A stretch of DNA of 64,000 nt from Candidatus Zixiibacteriota bacterium (GCA_036480375.1 JAZGGI010000016.1:32682-96681), one strand, 5' to 3'. Positions 18,479 to 29,000 are shown, numbered from the stretch's first letter. The notes: a model not told the origin generated them from the letters alone. Program-made: numbers and translations.

Positions 18479-19096
18479 ATGTTGACTCAGAAAAATATGG
18501 TTCTCGTTTTGGGGACAGTCTTAATTTTATCATTTGGTTTTTTTATTACTGATCGGACTCTGGCTCAATCCGATTGCGGTGATGTCAACGGCGACGGCGG
18601 CATTAATGTTGGCGACGCCGTATATATTATCAATCATGTATTTAGAAATGGTCCAGCGCCAACCTGTTCACCTCAATTGGTAAATATTCCCGGAGAATTA
18701 CAGTGTCAGTCGAAATTTTCATTCGGGGAAAAAGACCTATCCGGAGTTGATGGCGTTATGTGGAGTTATGACGGAGAATCAATATTGCATATTGAACATG
18801 GTGGGGCGGCATTTAATTGCTGCCCGGAGAATATATATGCAACTGTAGATATCGTTGATAACGATATATATTTTTATGAGCATGAAACTGAGGGCGAGTT
18901 TGGATTCTGCCATTGCCTATGCCTTTTCAACATTAAGTATCGAATATTAAATCTACCTCCGGGTGAGTATAACATAACGATTTACGGTTTATATATATAT
19001 GGGGAAGATCCATTGAATTTTACAGTCGATTGTCAACTACCATCATCATCCGGTTCGCATTATGTGGAGAGGAATATATACCCCTGGGTGCTGTAG
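18479..19096 (+). CDS. small secreted protein: single dockerin segment plus the novel Cys-containing C-terminal domain
   Basis: GGAGGA RBS and signal peptide. One dockerin half at 18575-18667 (CGDVNGDGGINVGDAVYIINHVFRNGPAP). The remainder is paralogous to 14790-15196. Confidence 0.75.
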   Translation: MLTQKNMVLVLGTVLILSFGFFITDRTLAQSDCGDVNGDGGINVGDAVYIINHVFRNGPAPTCSPQLVNIPGELQCQSKFSFGEKDLSGVDGVMWSYDGESILHIEHGGAAFNCCPENIYATVDIVDNDIYFYEHETEGEFGFCHCLCLFNIKYRILNLPPGEYNITIYGLYIYGEDPLNFTVDCQLPSSSGSHYVERNIYPWVL

Positions 19097-19168
19097 TCGA
19101 TAAATGAATAATTTAGTTTAATCGAAACCGTATGGTTTCGATAAGCTGACAAGATATTCAATCGCATC

Positions 19169-20335
19169 CTATTTTAACGAATCGACGATATCTGATACTT
19201 TATTGAAATAATCCTCGAAAAGGCTTGTAAATCGATGCGCATATTTCTGCCCGAGTTGCAATGCCTTTTCATAATACTCTAAAGCCTCAGGATATTGTTC
19301 TGAAATATGCAGAGCCCGGCCGGTTGAATAATATGCCATTGCAGAATCGGGAAAGAGACTGACATTCATCTTAAAAATCTCTATCGCCGTTTTGGTCTGA
19401 CCATTTTGAAAATAACCCCAGCCCTTGGAGCTCAGGGCTGACGTTTTTATCCCCGTCCCGTATTTTTGTATTAATCCGGAGTTATAGGATTTGATAGAAT
19501 CTAAGCCATAAATTACCGTACTATCAGGCAAAGTTCTCCAATCGGAGAATACGTACCGCAGGCCTTCCGTCAAAGCGCTTACTGTCAGCAGTGAATGCTC
19601 ATGATTCAGCATAGGTTCGTAATGCCATTGTAATCCAGGTTTTGAATAATGCGATAATGTATCGGCGAGTTCTCTGAGACTTGGAGTAAGTTCCGGCTGT
19701 TGTCCCCCGTTAAAAAAAATGCAATTATTGTTATAGGTGTGACTGTTAATTAATGACGCTGTATTTTTCAGGATATATTGACTCGTGTCATCATATATAA
19801 TCCAGGGGCCGCCTGCAATCGCGGAATGAAACGTCTCCGGTTTGGTCAGGACGGAATAGATGCAAAAAACTCCCCCCCAGGAGCCATCATACAATATTCT
19901 ATAGGAATAAGTGCGATATGAGGCTTCAATAAACGGGATAAGTTCATTTTCCATGAAAACTATGAGACTATCCGCATATCCGCCGCGGCCGGAAGATGAA
20001 GATGTCGGTATAAGAAAATTGGCGTCGCAATTTGTATAATCGACAACTATCATTTCAGGAATATATTTAGAACGACTCAAAGCTCTTATAATCCCGGCAC
20101 TGTGGTAGAAGGCTCCCCGAAACGAGTATAATACAGGGTAGTTGATATTTGAACTTTCGTATCCGACCGGCAGAGATATGGCAAGTTTAACCGTAGTATC
20201 CAAAATATCGGATTTAAATATCAACCGATGCCCAATATTGATATCTTCGGTTTGAATATCCGGTACGGCACAAATCTGTCCCGAAAATATTATAATTAGC
20301 CCCAATATGTGTAATAGAGATCGTGAATACCGCAT
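19169..20335 (-). CDS. secreted alpha/beta-hydrolase (putative esterase family) with C-terminal TPR
   Basis: Signal peptide and an esterase-like core (YPVLYSF...GSWGGVF nucleophile-elbow-like). TPR-like tail (AIEIFKMNVSLFPDSAMAYYSTGRAL...ALEYYEKALQL). Confidence 0.6.
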   Translation of the reverse strand: MRYSRSLLHILGLIIIFSGQICAVPDIQTEDINIGHRLIFKSDILDTTVKLAISLPVGYESSNINYPVLYSFRGAFYHSAGIIRALSRSKYIPEMIVVDYTNCDANFLIPTSSSSGRGGYADSLIVFMENELIPFIEASYRTYSYRILYDGSWGGVFCIYSVLTKPETFHSAIAGGPWIIYDDTSQYILKNTASLINSHTYNNNCIFFNGGQQPELTPSLRELADTLSHYSKPGLQWHYEPMLNHEHSLLTVSALTEGLRYVFSDWRTLPDSTVIYGLDSIKSYNSGLIQKYGTGIKTSALSSKGWGYFQNGQTKTAIEIFKMNVSLFPDSAMAYYSTGRALHISEQYPEALEYYEKALQLGQKYAHRFTSLFEDYFNKVSDIVDSLK

Positions 20336-20391
20336 AAATGATAACCTTTCTTATTCAATTCTTTTAAACGCCTATTAGATATTTTCTTGCT

Positions 20392-21420
20392 TTATGGCTC
20401 TATTCTCGTCATTGGAAATATCAGTGAATCGGCATTGGGGATGCGGTGGTGGAAAGATAATGAATATCCGCCCATGCCCGGGCGGCTATGACGATAGTAG
20501 AGAAGACCATACTCGCGCGAGAAAGCGTAGAAATTGCTCTCGCGTTCAAAGGAGAATAGAACCGTTACCAATTCCGAATAGGTCTGATCCTCAATTTCAA
20601 TCGTCGTATCCACGGTGACGACTTTCAGGCCGATCACTTCATCTCCCAATAGATTTCGAATGACAAAATTATTGCTGTCATAAGGGGAAATCGTCCCTTT
20701 ATCCAGAACCGGCATAATATACATCCCGGCATAATGAATGAGATTGCTGTCGGTAATACAAAAATTCTCGTTTTGATAGTTTATCCTGACCGGAAGCTCA
20801 TATACAATGCCTGAATCTGAAATATATCTGAATTTCGCATTTGCGATTTTGGGATCGGAAGAATCGGAAATTAATCCAAACCAGAGGTTGCCATCCTCTC
20901 CGTATTGCAGATCAAATCGGGTCAGGAGGTAAGCGCGGTTGCCGCCATCAAAGTATTCGCCGTCGCCGTTATAATCGGAAAACGGTACGCCGTCGGCATA
21001 ATCGTACGAATTAGAATCGGCAGCGCGGCGCAAAACACCATTGCCATCCAGATCATCAAAGGGTACGCCGGGAGTCCATTTGTCGGGATCGTCGCTGGTA
21101 TAAAGGTTATCATGATTGAGATCATGATTAAGAGGGGAATCCCAGTCTATAATAAACGAATCGATCGCCCAGTCGTATCGGCCGTTGCCATTGATGTCGA
21201 AAAACGGCTCGCCGAACGATTGTTCCCAATTGACCATTTGTTCGGAACTCCGGTTCATGTAATGACCGGCCCGAAGCATGATATATTCGTTCGTATCGAC
21301 AATTACAAATTCATTGAATGTCCAACCCGGCGCCCGGGAGCCGGTGGGGCTGTCGTCATCACCGCAAGCGGCGATTAGAAGTATGAGAATGCCTGATATT
21401 ATATAGAAATACGTTCGCAT
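20392..21420 (-). CDS. hypothetical lipoprotein with EF-hand/dockerin-like DxNGDG loops
   Basis: Start at MRTYF (21420), after a GGAGGA RBS. Lipobox LLIAAC. Loops DINGNGRYD, DLDGNGV and DYNGDGEY. Confidence 0.55.
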   Translation of the reverse strand: MRTYFYIISGILILLIAACGDDDSPTGSRAPGWTFNEFVIVDTNEYIMLRAGHYMNRSSEQMVNWEQSFGEPFFDINGNGRYDWAIDSFIIDWDSPLNHDLNHDNLYTSDDPDKWTPGVPFDDLDGNGVLRRAADSNSYDYADGVPFSDYNGDGEYFDGGNRAYLLTRFDLQYGEDGNLWFGLISDSSDPKIANAKFRYISDSGIVYELPVRINYQNENFCITDSNLIHYAGMYIMPVLDKGTISPYDSNNFVIRNLLGDEVIGLKVVTVDTTIEIEDQTYSELVTVLFSFERESNFYAFSREYGLLYYRHSRPGMGGYSLSFHHRIPNADSLIFPMTRIEP

Positions 21421-21589
21421 ATTGTCCTCCACAGTTATGGAGTAAATTATGGATTCTTCTCTGGTATGTCAACAATGATGATGAGGGGGGATTAAGCGGT
21501 ATATATCCACGCGCATCTTCAAATATTCTCCGGATAGACAGGAATATCGGCTATTCATAATTTACCAAAACCAAAAGGCGACCTATGGG

Positions 21590-22831
21590 TTAAATTTTCT
21601 CATACTCGAAAAGATACGTTTGTGTCTGGTCAAATGTGAATTTCCAGTGTATTTTTATGACGTTGCCGTTGTCATCACAGTTAAATTCGATATCGGCGTC
21701 GAAATCATTTTCACCCTTGAAAAGGCCAGTTTTCAAATCGCCCTGGTCATCATGAGTAAATGTAATCACTCCGCTCAGCCAGGTATCGAAATTCTTATAG
21801 TTCGCTTTCGTCAATAGTCCTTTTCCGTCATATTCATAATGCTCGCTTCCCTCAAAACCATCTGATCGTTCGAATAGCCGTTCTACCAATTTCCTGTTTC
21901 CGTTATATGTATATTCAAAAGTTCCCGTTTTGCCGTCATGATAAGCTCTATATGATTTGAGCAGGATGCCATTGTCATCATACTCAAATGTTGTTTCCGT
22001 TTTCAGACCGTCCGAGCGTACAAATGTTTTCTTGACCAGTCTGCCGCCTGTTTCATATTCATAATGGGAAGGGCCGCCCTGTTCATTATTGTAATCGTAA
22101 TTTTCGATTTTGACGCGGTATTTTTCTGGATGGGCGATAAAAACATTCGCCGAAGCATAATTGATTTTTTCAGGCATCTGATATTCCTCATATTCATATT
22201 TAAATGTCTGGCTCCAATCATCGCCAAATTTCCAAATTTTGGTTTCCAGACTGTCATATTGATTATATGTATATGCAATGGTTCCAATATTTTCTCCATC
22301 GCGTGTGATATCCGCGCTAATGACCCGCCCTTTATCATCGTGCCGATAATCGATATCGCCAAAAAACCAACCTTTAAGACCGTTACAATCGGCTTTTATC
22401 CGTCTTTTATTTTCGTCATAAATATACTGCGTCGTTCCGGTAACGCCGTCGGACCGCTCGAATATTTCACCGGTCAGATTTCCACCTTCATCATACTCAT
22501 ACCAATTATCGGAGGTGAGGGTATCCGAAAACTCACGGTATTTCCGAATTATTTGACCTCGTTTATTGAGGATATGATAATCATCTGAATGTCGGTTCCC
22601 ATCAAGCAATTCCCAGCGAGCTCCGTACATCAGGCCATTATCATCGTAGAAAAAAGTCGTAAATCCATTTTCTCCACTGGTATTTTCATAGTGGAGCTTT
22701 ACGATTCGGATCGATTTCGCGTCTTCCGTTTGCGTTTCGGCATTATTCGAACAGCCGATTAACATTGAACAAAGAATTAAAAGTAGCGCAACTCCAATAC
22801 ATACAGGAAAATATCTTAAATGAGTTCTCAT
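21590..22831 (-). CDS. lipoprotein built of YD/RHS-like repeats
   Basis: Start at MRTHL (22831). Lipobox MLIGCS. Repeated YxYDxxGxL / ERSDG motifs (YEYDEGGNLTGEIFERSDG, FEYDDNGILLKSY, YEYDGKGLLTKANY). Confidence 0.55.
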   Translation of the reverse strand: MRTHLRYFPVCIGVALLLILCSMLIGCSNNAETQTEDAKSIRIVKLHYENTSGENGFTTFFYDDNGLMYGARWELLDGNRHSDDYHILNKRGQIIRKYREFSDTLTSDNWYEYDEGGNLTGEIFERSDGVTGTTQYIYDENKRRIKADCNGLKGWFFGDIDYRHDDKGRVISADITRDGENIGTIAYTYNQYDSLETKIWKFGDDWSQTFKYEYEEYQMPEKINYASANVFIAHPEKYRVKIENYDYNNEQGGPSHYEYETGGRLVKKTFVRSDGLKTETTFEYDDNGILLKSYRAYHDGKTGTFEYTYNGNRKLVERLFERSDGFEGSEHYEYDGKGLLTKANYKNFDTWLSGVITFTHDDQGDLKTGLFKGENDFDADIEFNCDDNGNVIKIHWKFTFDQTQTYLFEYEKI

Positions 22832-22939
22832 AACGTAATGCCTCCAATTGCCCAGTCCATATTTCTCATGTATCATCACTATTGTCCGGTTAAAATAGCG
22901 ATAATTGTAATACAGGTCAATAACAGATAGTAACACATG

Positions 22940-23304
22940 GTTATCCAGATTTGGATCAGAACAGCATTGGGGGTGTTCCTAAAAATGATTTGATTTTCAG
23001 GTATTGTTTGATTCATTTGTAATAGCCTTTCAAGTTGATGACATCATCTCTGACGACATGTTTGTTATTTACCTGTTAATGCGGTTCGGTAACAAGGCGA
23101 TGTTTCTTATCATCCCTGGCCACTCGCACATCGTGATGCCTGTAACCATAGCGGTCGGTAAGGATCATGGTCGTAAAGATAATGCCGCTTGATTGCTCCT
23201 TTACGCTTGCGAAAGGTTGCCCATATACTTTCCCCCAGCTTTTCAAACTCATATCTCGGAAAAATCCTTAGCAGTTCTGACATTATTGTGTTAACTCGAT
23301 CCAC
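22940..23304 (-). pseudogene. degraded IS4-family (DUF4372-type N-terminus) transposase relic
   Basis: The 64-aa ORF starts VNTIMSELLRIFPRYEFEKL, like the conserved N-terminus of DUF4372-containing IS4 transposases. It then jumps to IKRHYLYDHDPYRP (like the KLHxLxDxxGxxP region). Further frames carry broken pieces (INLKGYYK*IKQYLKIK). No intact DDE domain or terminal repeats were found. Confidence 0.5.
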
Positions 23305-23426
23305 GCTCCGGTTCTCATATGTAAATCTGCTAAAGTATGGGATAATTTATCCCGTAAAAATAAGAATTACCAAACCAATCTTTTATTTTTTACCGGGCCC
23401 TAGTGATCTTTTTTTATAACTAACAA

Positions 23427-25592
23427 TTACTCATCTGGGTCAGAGTTGTTTGATTTCTCAAGTGCCGAACCTGTGCCCGCGTCTTTCTTCCATAATGATT
23501 GAAAATAATAACTTACAAAGAGAATGACGCCACCCAACCCGAGAAAGAGTAATACTCTCCAGATGGCATCGATTTGTTTCAGGTCAATCAGGAGCAGTTT
23601 CCCAATGACAAGACCCAAAGTAGCGAGACCGGTCCACCTGATGTGATAATTGTTTAATCTCAGGCTGCCTATGATTAATAGGATAGCGTAAGCGCCCCAA
23701 ACCGCCGAAACGAATCCCTGGCCGTTAGGTAGATGTGAGAATTCTCGATGCAATAGGGCGAGGATGAAAATATGCGAAGCCAGTAAATATACCAAACAGA
23801 ATTTCGAATCCCGAATTAATTTCAAAGCGATTGAGATTATGGCGGCAATAAATAGAATATCTGTTGCGGCCTGCCAGTTTAGCATTGTTAGACCTTGTCC
23901 CGATTCGACGAATAAGCGAATCATAACCCATGAGGCCGTAATTCCGGTAATTACATATCCGGTGATCAACGCTATTTTATCGCTCCAGCGGAATGCGATA
24001 AAGTGGATTGCCAAAATTTCAGATGTAAATAGAATTAATAGAATATTACCTGTGAATGCGACATCGAGCCATAAATCCAGAGCAATAGCAGCAAAGACAA
24101 AATATATTCGTTGCTGAAGCCGCAAACTGCTAAAATAAGCCACAACACAAGTCGCCATAATAAGTAATAGGTTTGAAATTGAATCTGCAGAAAGAGCGGC
24201 TTGCTCATAAAATGGAAGTAGCATTCTAACAATTACTACGATTCCCAATACGCCATAAAGAATATGCGAAGTAACTTTAATTACCCTATCATTCAAGCGT
24301 CGCGCGATAAGAAAGAGTACGAAAGCTTCGCCGGTCAAAACGACTAAGAGAGTATTTCCTTCAAGTAAAAGGCTGAGACTAATCGTGAAGCACAGCATCC
24401 CAAACAAAATATGAGTATATATCAGGCTGTTTCGCACTTTCCATCGCGTTAGGATCCATGATGCCAGTCCATATATGATTGCCGCTCCGGCCATTATCCA
24501 GCCCCAGGTCTTATCCGAGTAGGCCCAGAGATTCATCGATAATCCCAGAGCGATAAGCGGCGATGATACCGTCAGGACATGAACATAATTCTTCACTAAT
24601 GACTGGATGTCGTTGGAGACCGGTTTGCCGCCAAATAACAGGGGCGAGTGGGTCCAGGAATTTGGTTTTAGTCTGGCTAATATCTCGCGGGCGACGGGAG
24701 GTATCCAAAGCATCAGCCAGGTAAATATAATCGATGATTGTAGTGACCAGCGGTCAAAAACGGCGGCGCTGAAGTCGGCAGGCAATCCTTTGGCCTGAAC
24801 GGCGCTTAAAATAATCCAGTGCCCCAGGACGGTAAAGAACAAGAGCATTCGCCAGCCCTTGAAAAAATAAATTGTGCACGAGCAAGTCAGAAGCAGAGAC
24901 AGATAGAGCGTTAAACCGGGAATGTTGCCCGAACCGGTATAGAGTAGAAACGGCGTCCCCAATCCGCCAAAGACACCGATTATTGACAGAACCGATTCAT
25001 TTTGACGAATAGCGATCAGATAGGCCGTGGCCGTTACGATAATCATACACGCAAACGCGACCGGATGCGAAACCAGAGAGAAAGTTTGAAATGCGGCGAA
25101 TATGGTCACGTAAAAAGTCGCGATACCGCCGCCCATGAGAACCTGACTGAAATGTTTATTCTTCTTATATGTTTTCAGGCCAAAAAACATGAGAACAGCC
25201 CCGAGAGCGACGCCAAAAGCGATTCGAATCGGAGGCGTTATCCAGCCTTTGTCAATAGAATATTTAAACGCGAATATGGCGGATAAGATGATGAGCGCGA
25301 TTCCGACTTTATTGAGCCAGTATTCACTGGTTTTCATGTGTTCGGGTAACGTGAATGGTTTCGTTGTATGTTTGACTAATGTCGTCTTATGCGGAGTATA
25401 AGATTCCGGAGATGAGGGAGTGATTTGAGGTTGTTCGGTCTTTTGCGGTTTTATTTCCGTCTTTTGAGATACATGGGGCTCAGCGGGTTTAGTCTTGATT
25501 TCGATATTGGCAAGCAAATAATCAACGGATTGCTGTAGATTCTTTACGGCGTTTTCGAGCCGAACAACTCTATTTTCGAAATTATCATCCAT
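23427..25592 (-). CDS. large polytopic membrane protein, DUF2339-like
   Basis: 721 aa. N-terminal coiled segment (RVVRLENAVKNLQQSVDYLL) and a Pro/Thr-rich linker, followed by many TM helices. Confidence 0.55.
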   Translation of the reverse strand: MDDNFENRVVRLENAVKNLQQSVDYLLANIEIKTKPAEPHVSQKTEIKPQKTEQPQITPSSPESYTPHKTTLVKHTTKPFTLPEHMKTSEYWLNKVGIALIILSAIFAFKYSIDKGWITPPIRIAFGVALGAVLMFFGLKTYKKNKHFSQVLMGGGIATFYVTIFAAFQTFSLVSHPVAFACMIIVTATAYLIAIRQNESVLSIIGVFGGLGTPFLLYTGSGNIPGLTLYLSLLLTCSCTIYFFKGWRMLLFFTVLGHWIILSAVQAKGLPADFSAAVFDRWSLQSSIIFTWLMLWIPPVAREILARLKPNSWTHSPLLFGGKPVSNDIQSLVKNYVHVLTVSSPLIALGLSMNLWAYSDKTWGWIMAGAAIIYGLASWILTRWKVRNSLIYTHILFGMLCFTISLSLLLEGNTLLVVLTGEAFVLFLIARRLNDRVIKVTSHILYGVLGIVVIVRMLLPFYEQAALSADSISNLLLIMATCVVAYFSSLRLQQRIYFVFAAIALDLWLDVAFTGNILLILFTSEILAIHFIAFRWSDKIALITGYVITGITASWVMIRLFVESGQGLTMLNWQAATDILFIAAIISIALKLIRDSKFCLVYLLASHIFILALLHREFSHLPNGQGFVSAVWGAYAILLIIGSLRLNNYHIRWTGLATLGLVIGKLLLIDLKQIDAIWRVLLFLGLGGVILFVSYYFQSLWKKDAGTGSALEKSNNSDPDE

Positions 25593-25626
25593 GCTATCGC
25601 GTCCCCCAACGTAATAAATATTTCAA

Positions 25627-26253
25627 TCACTTCTTTATTTCGAGACCATTAAGTAAATCCTCAAAATCTCTTTTATATTCTGCAAATAAATTTTGCCGAG
25701 TAAACGCTATTGCCTGAAGAGTTCCATTGCGGCCGGTATAGTAATAGCCGTAATACGTAAAGGGAGTGGTATTGATAGTTCCGTTTATCTGCAGGCACAG
25801 AATTTCAACCCCGTTGACGATGCGTTCTTCTTCGAATACACTTTTGGCGTTTAGAGCGGCTGAACGGGCGTTGGCAAGAGCCAATTCTCTAAGTTTTTCA
25901 ATCGTCAATTCGGATTTGCTGTAAAGAATGACGGCATGGGCATCTCCGTTAATATGCTCAAATTCATATTCCGCGTCGGCATTGATACCGAGCTTGCCCT
26001 TGAGCCATTTATTGTCATTAATCCAGATACCATATTTCCCTTTGGAGCCCTCATAATAATGATTGGATGAAAACGGTTTGAAATAAGAAACCGGTTTTTT
26101 TATTTCGGTCTTTTTCTCAACATTGTTCGATGATTGATTTTCTGATTTAGCAGAGTCGTTTTCATCGGAGAATTCCGTACCATAAGAAACCGATACCAGC
26201 GTCAATACAAGAACCATGATATATACAAATGTTGAAACCATAACTATATCCAA
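25627..26253 (-). CDS. hypothetical secreted/anchored protein
   Basis: 208-aa ORF with an N-terminal hydrophobic helix. No recognisable motif. Confidence 0.5.
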   Translation of the reverse strand: MDIVMVSTFVYIMVLVLTLVSVSYGTEFSDENDSAKSENQSSNNVEKKTEIKKPVSYFKPFSSNHYYEGSKGKYGIWINDNKWLKGKLGINADAEYEFEHINGDAHAVILYSKSELTIEKLRELALANARSAALNAKSVFEEERIVNGVEILCLQINGTINTTPFTYYGYYYTGRNGTLQAIAFTRQNLFAEYKRDFEDLLNGLEIKK

Positions 26254-26318
26254 AAACCTAATTATAGTTTTCCTGAACGTGCAATAAACTTATATAGAAA
26301 CGAAATGAACATCAACAA

Positions 26319-26669
26319 TTATTGAGAAATTTCCTCAATAACAGATGTGCCCCGCAAAGGCTCCGGCTTGGAAATCGTCCACTTTTCATGTAGACGATAT
26401 CGTCCGTCGAGCAGAATCTCAACTTCCGATACGGTTGTCCCTGAGATAAATTTATCCAAAACGCTTAAATATTGCCAAACCATTCGGATTGATTCCTTCT
26501 CATCAATATAACCGACGACAGTTCCGAATCGAGTTCCACCGCCTTGAAAAGTCGCCCAGACAATAGTCTTATCCTGACGATAATGAAACACCGTATCCTG
26601 ATTAAAATCCCCGTCGTCATAGTTCTCGACGCCCTTGAAGTATTTGTTATTTAGATTTATCTCAGACAT
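26319..26669 (-). CDS. small conserved hypothetical protein (lipocalin-like family, often mis-annotated as N-acetylglutamate synthase)
   Basis: 116 aa. Pattern FKGVENYDDGDFNQDTVFHYRQDKTIVWATFQGGGTRFGTVVGY...DGRYRLHEKW recalls that family. Recollection only. Confidence 0.4.
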   Translation of the reverse strand: MSEINLNNKYFKGVENYDDGDFNQDTVFHYRQDKTIVWATFQGGGTRFGTVVGYIDEKESIRMVWQYLSVLDKFISGTTVSEVEILLDGRYRLHEKWTISKPEPLRGTSVIEEISQ

Positions 26670-26672
26670 AGG

Positions 26673-27059
26673 TTATTCGCTTGACGATTTATGACCAGTA
26701 TCGAAGACGAATTTCCATTGACCGTCCGGTTGCTTTTTCCAGATCGTCACATAATTTCCGTAAGTTGCCGAGGCTTTTCCCGAGTCGTCAATATGAGTTG
26801 ATTTGTATTTGCCAAGAGTATAACCCAAATCTCCGGACGCGGCAATATCGGCGAAATACGGTTCCCAGTTGAGAATGTCGTTGTCAATTTTGGGGAAGAG
26901 CGATAAGATTGAATCCCTTCCGACCCTCGGTTCAATTCCGGCGGCATAAATCCGAGCGTCATCGGCCATGTAATAATCAAAAGCCGCGCGAGCTCCATTT
27001 TCCAAAGCTAATTTTGCGAACTCACGGTCGGTATGAAGGAGAATGTCCTTTGTTTCCAT
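26673..27059 (-). CDS. NTF2-like / DUF4440 (SnoaL-like) domain protein
   Basis: 128 aa, ending in the typical YVTIWKKQPDGQWKFVFD motif. Confidence 0.65.
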   Translation of the reverse strand: METKDILLHTDREFAKLALENGARAAFDYYMADDARIYAAGIEPRVGRDSILSLFPKIDNDILNWEPYFADIAASGDLGYTLGKYKSTHIDDSGKASATYGNYVTIWKKQPDGQWKFVFDTGHKSSSE

Positions 27060-27123
27060 AGTGTCTGCCTCTTGCTATGGCAGAAAGATAGGTGTCTTTT
27101 ATTTTGCAGGCAAGAGCTAAGGA

Positions 27124-28053
27124 TTATTTTTTCTTGCGCAATTTGCTCATTGAAGGCAGCGAAAATCCTTTGATTTCCTGGCGTTCCTGCAAGCAGGCTT
27201 CATCATAATCAATGACTCGGTATAAAATGCTTTCCACATATTTCTTTTTAATTTGCATAGCCTGATTGATTGAGTCAATTTTTATGAAATTATAGCTATA
27301 GCCGCTGTCGTCGCAAAAACGCAGAACCGGTTTCATATAATTAATGATATATTCCTCAGCTGTTTCACCCAAAAGCTTCATCGGGTTGGAAACAAAACAT
27401 GTATCGCATAAACCCAATACATTTTTTGTTTGGGCAGTGTTCTCATTATTAAATACCAGTACTATGTCCCGAGGATTTCCTCCACCGACCGACTCGGAGA
27501 CATATTGAAATATAAATCGGCCGTAAAAAACCGCCGATAGCACCAGAGTCACCACGATCACCACGATTGGTATCAATTTGCTTTCTACGGTTCGTTTATA
27601 TAGATCGATTATTATGCTAAATCCCAGGGAACCGAGAAACATAAGCACGTAGAGAAATTTATATTTGAATATCTCCATATCCGAATCGGTCACATAAAAA
27701 ACGAAAAGCATTATGCAAACAAATACTAAAAAATACATCAAAAGCCAGAAGAGTCGAATAAAATGGCGTTTGAACCATGATGACTCTTTAGTGTTTCTAT
27801 AAGTCTGAAACGGTCCCTTGTTGCCGAATAATCCAATATAAACCAGGGCAACCAGGGTATTATAAAACATAAAGCAGATTCCAACCGCGAGATATTTGGT
27901 ATTAAGGGCGTTATATGTCACAACACCAAAAGAAATGAAAAAGGAGTTAATAATAATAAACCCAAAAATATAGCAGGCTGAAGTTATTGCCCCGATAAAT
28001 CCTATGGCGGTCTTCAAATTGTTAATAATTCCCGAACTGGTAGCATTATTCAT
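27124..28053 (-). CDS. hypothetical polytopic membrane protein
   Basis: Start at MNNATSS (28053), 7 nt after GGGAGG; the ORF-track MGGYIM extension is the RBS itself. Several TM helices. Confidence 0.55.
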   Translation of the reverse strand: MNNATSSGIINNLKTAIGFIGAITSACYIFGFIIINSFFISFGVVTYNALNTKYLAVGICFMFYNTLVALVYIGLFGNKGPFQTYRNTKESSWFKRHFIRLFWLLMYFLVFVCIMLFVFYVTDSDMEIFKYKFLYVLMFLGSLGFSIIIDLYKRTVESKLIPIVVIVVTLVLSAVFYGRFIFQYVSESVGGGNPRDIVLVFNNENTAQTKNVLGLCDTCFVSNPMKLLGETAEEYIINYMKPVLRFCDDSGYSYNFIKIDSINQAMQIKKKYVESILYRVIDYDEACLQERQEIKGFSLPSMSKLRKKK

Positions 28054-28199
28054 TATGTACCCTCCCACAGCTAAAATATTTTATTACTTCAACGTATGCG
28101 CGAGATGCCGATCATTGGTTTGAATATTGAACATAATACATAGATGTAATATAAGATATTAATATGAATGAAACAGGTCAATATAAAAATATAGAAATA

Positions 28200-28964
28200 T
28201 CAAATAAATAGATCGATTATTCCCAAAAGCTTGGCGGCCGAGACGGCAACGATGATTATAAGTATCCAGCGGATAAATTTATTACCCTTTTTTATGGCGA
28301 ATTTTACGGCCACCCAAGCGCCCAGCATATTTCCGATCGCCATAATAAGCCCTACGGTCCAGACAATTTGATCGTTGAGGGCGAAAATAATTACGGCGAA
28401 AAACGTGAAACAGAGGACGATTAGAACTTTCACCGGATTGGCATGCAGCTCATCGAAGCCGACGCTGAGCATCAATCCGGCCAAAAGGATAATCCCGACA
28501 CCGGCCTGAATAAATCCTCCATATATTCCAATTCCGAAAAATATTAACATCTGAACAAATGACGTTTTGGTAATATCATCAATAGCTTTGGCTTTGAACC
28601 ATCTTTTGGGCCGCACCAGAAGTATGATCAGCATGCAAACCATGATAACGCCGATAGTGTGATGCATTATTCGTTCATTCAAATCGGACGCGATCTGGGC
28701 GCCGATTATGGCTCCGATTACGGCCGGGATTGCCAGCTTAAAGCTGTGTTTAATATTTAATAGATGGCTGTTATGAAAAGTCCTGACTCCGACAATATTC
28801 TGCAGGAGAATGGCGACGCGGTTGGTTCCGTTAGCGATATTGGCGGGCAGACCGAGAAAAATCAAAAGCGGCAAAGTAATAAGCGAGCCGCTTCCGGCAA
28901 GGGTGTTAATAAATCCGGCGGCGAAGCCCGCTCCGATGACAGCCAGATACATATACCATTCCAT
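28200..28964 (-). CDS. TauE/SafE-family sulfite/anion exporter
   Basis: Polytopic protein with TauE-like motifs (GFINTLAGSGSLITLPLLIFLG). Start placed at the ATG at 28964 because the upstream TTG 'start' is a TTGACA -35 box. Confidence 0.75.
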   Translation of the reverse strand: MEWYMYLAVIGAGFAAGFINTLAGSGSLITLPLLIFLGLPANIANGTNRVAILLQNIVGVRTFHNSHLLNIKHSFKLAIPAVIGAIIGAQIASDLNERIMHHTIGVIMVCMLIILLVRPKRWFKAKAIDDITKTSFVQMLIFFGIGIYGGFIQAGVGIILLAGLMLSVGFDELHANPVKVLIVLCFTFFAVIIFALNDQIVWTVGLIMAIGNMLGAWVAVKFAIKKGNKFIRWILIIIVAVSAAKLLGIIDLFI

Positions 28965-28971
28965 GGCGGCG

Positions 28972-29000
28972 AATGTATGCGATTGGGCGCTTTCTGTCAA
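28972..29000 (-). promoter_or_regulatory. promoter giving an essentially leaderless tauE-like mRNA
   Basis: Minus strand reads TTGACA (29000-28995), 17-nt spacer, TACATT (28977-28972), 7 nt, then ATG (28964). Confidence 0.4.
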
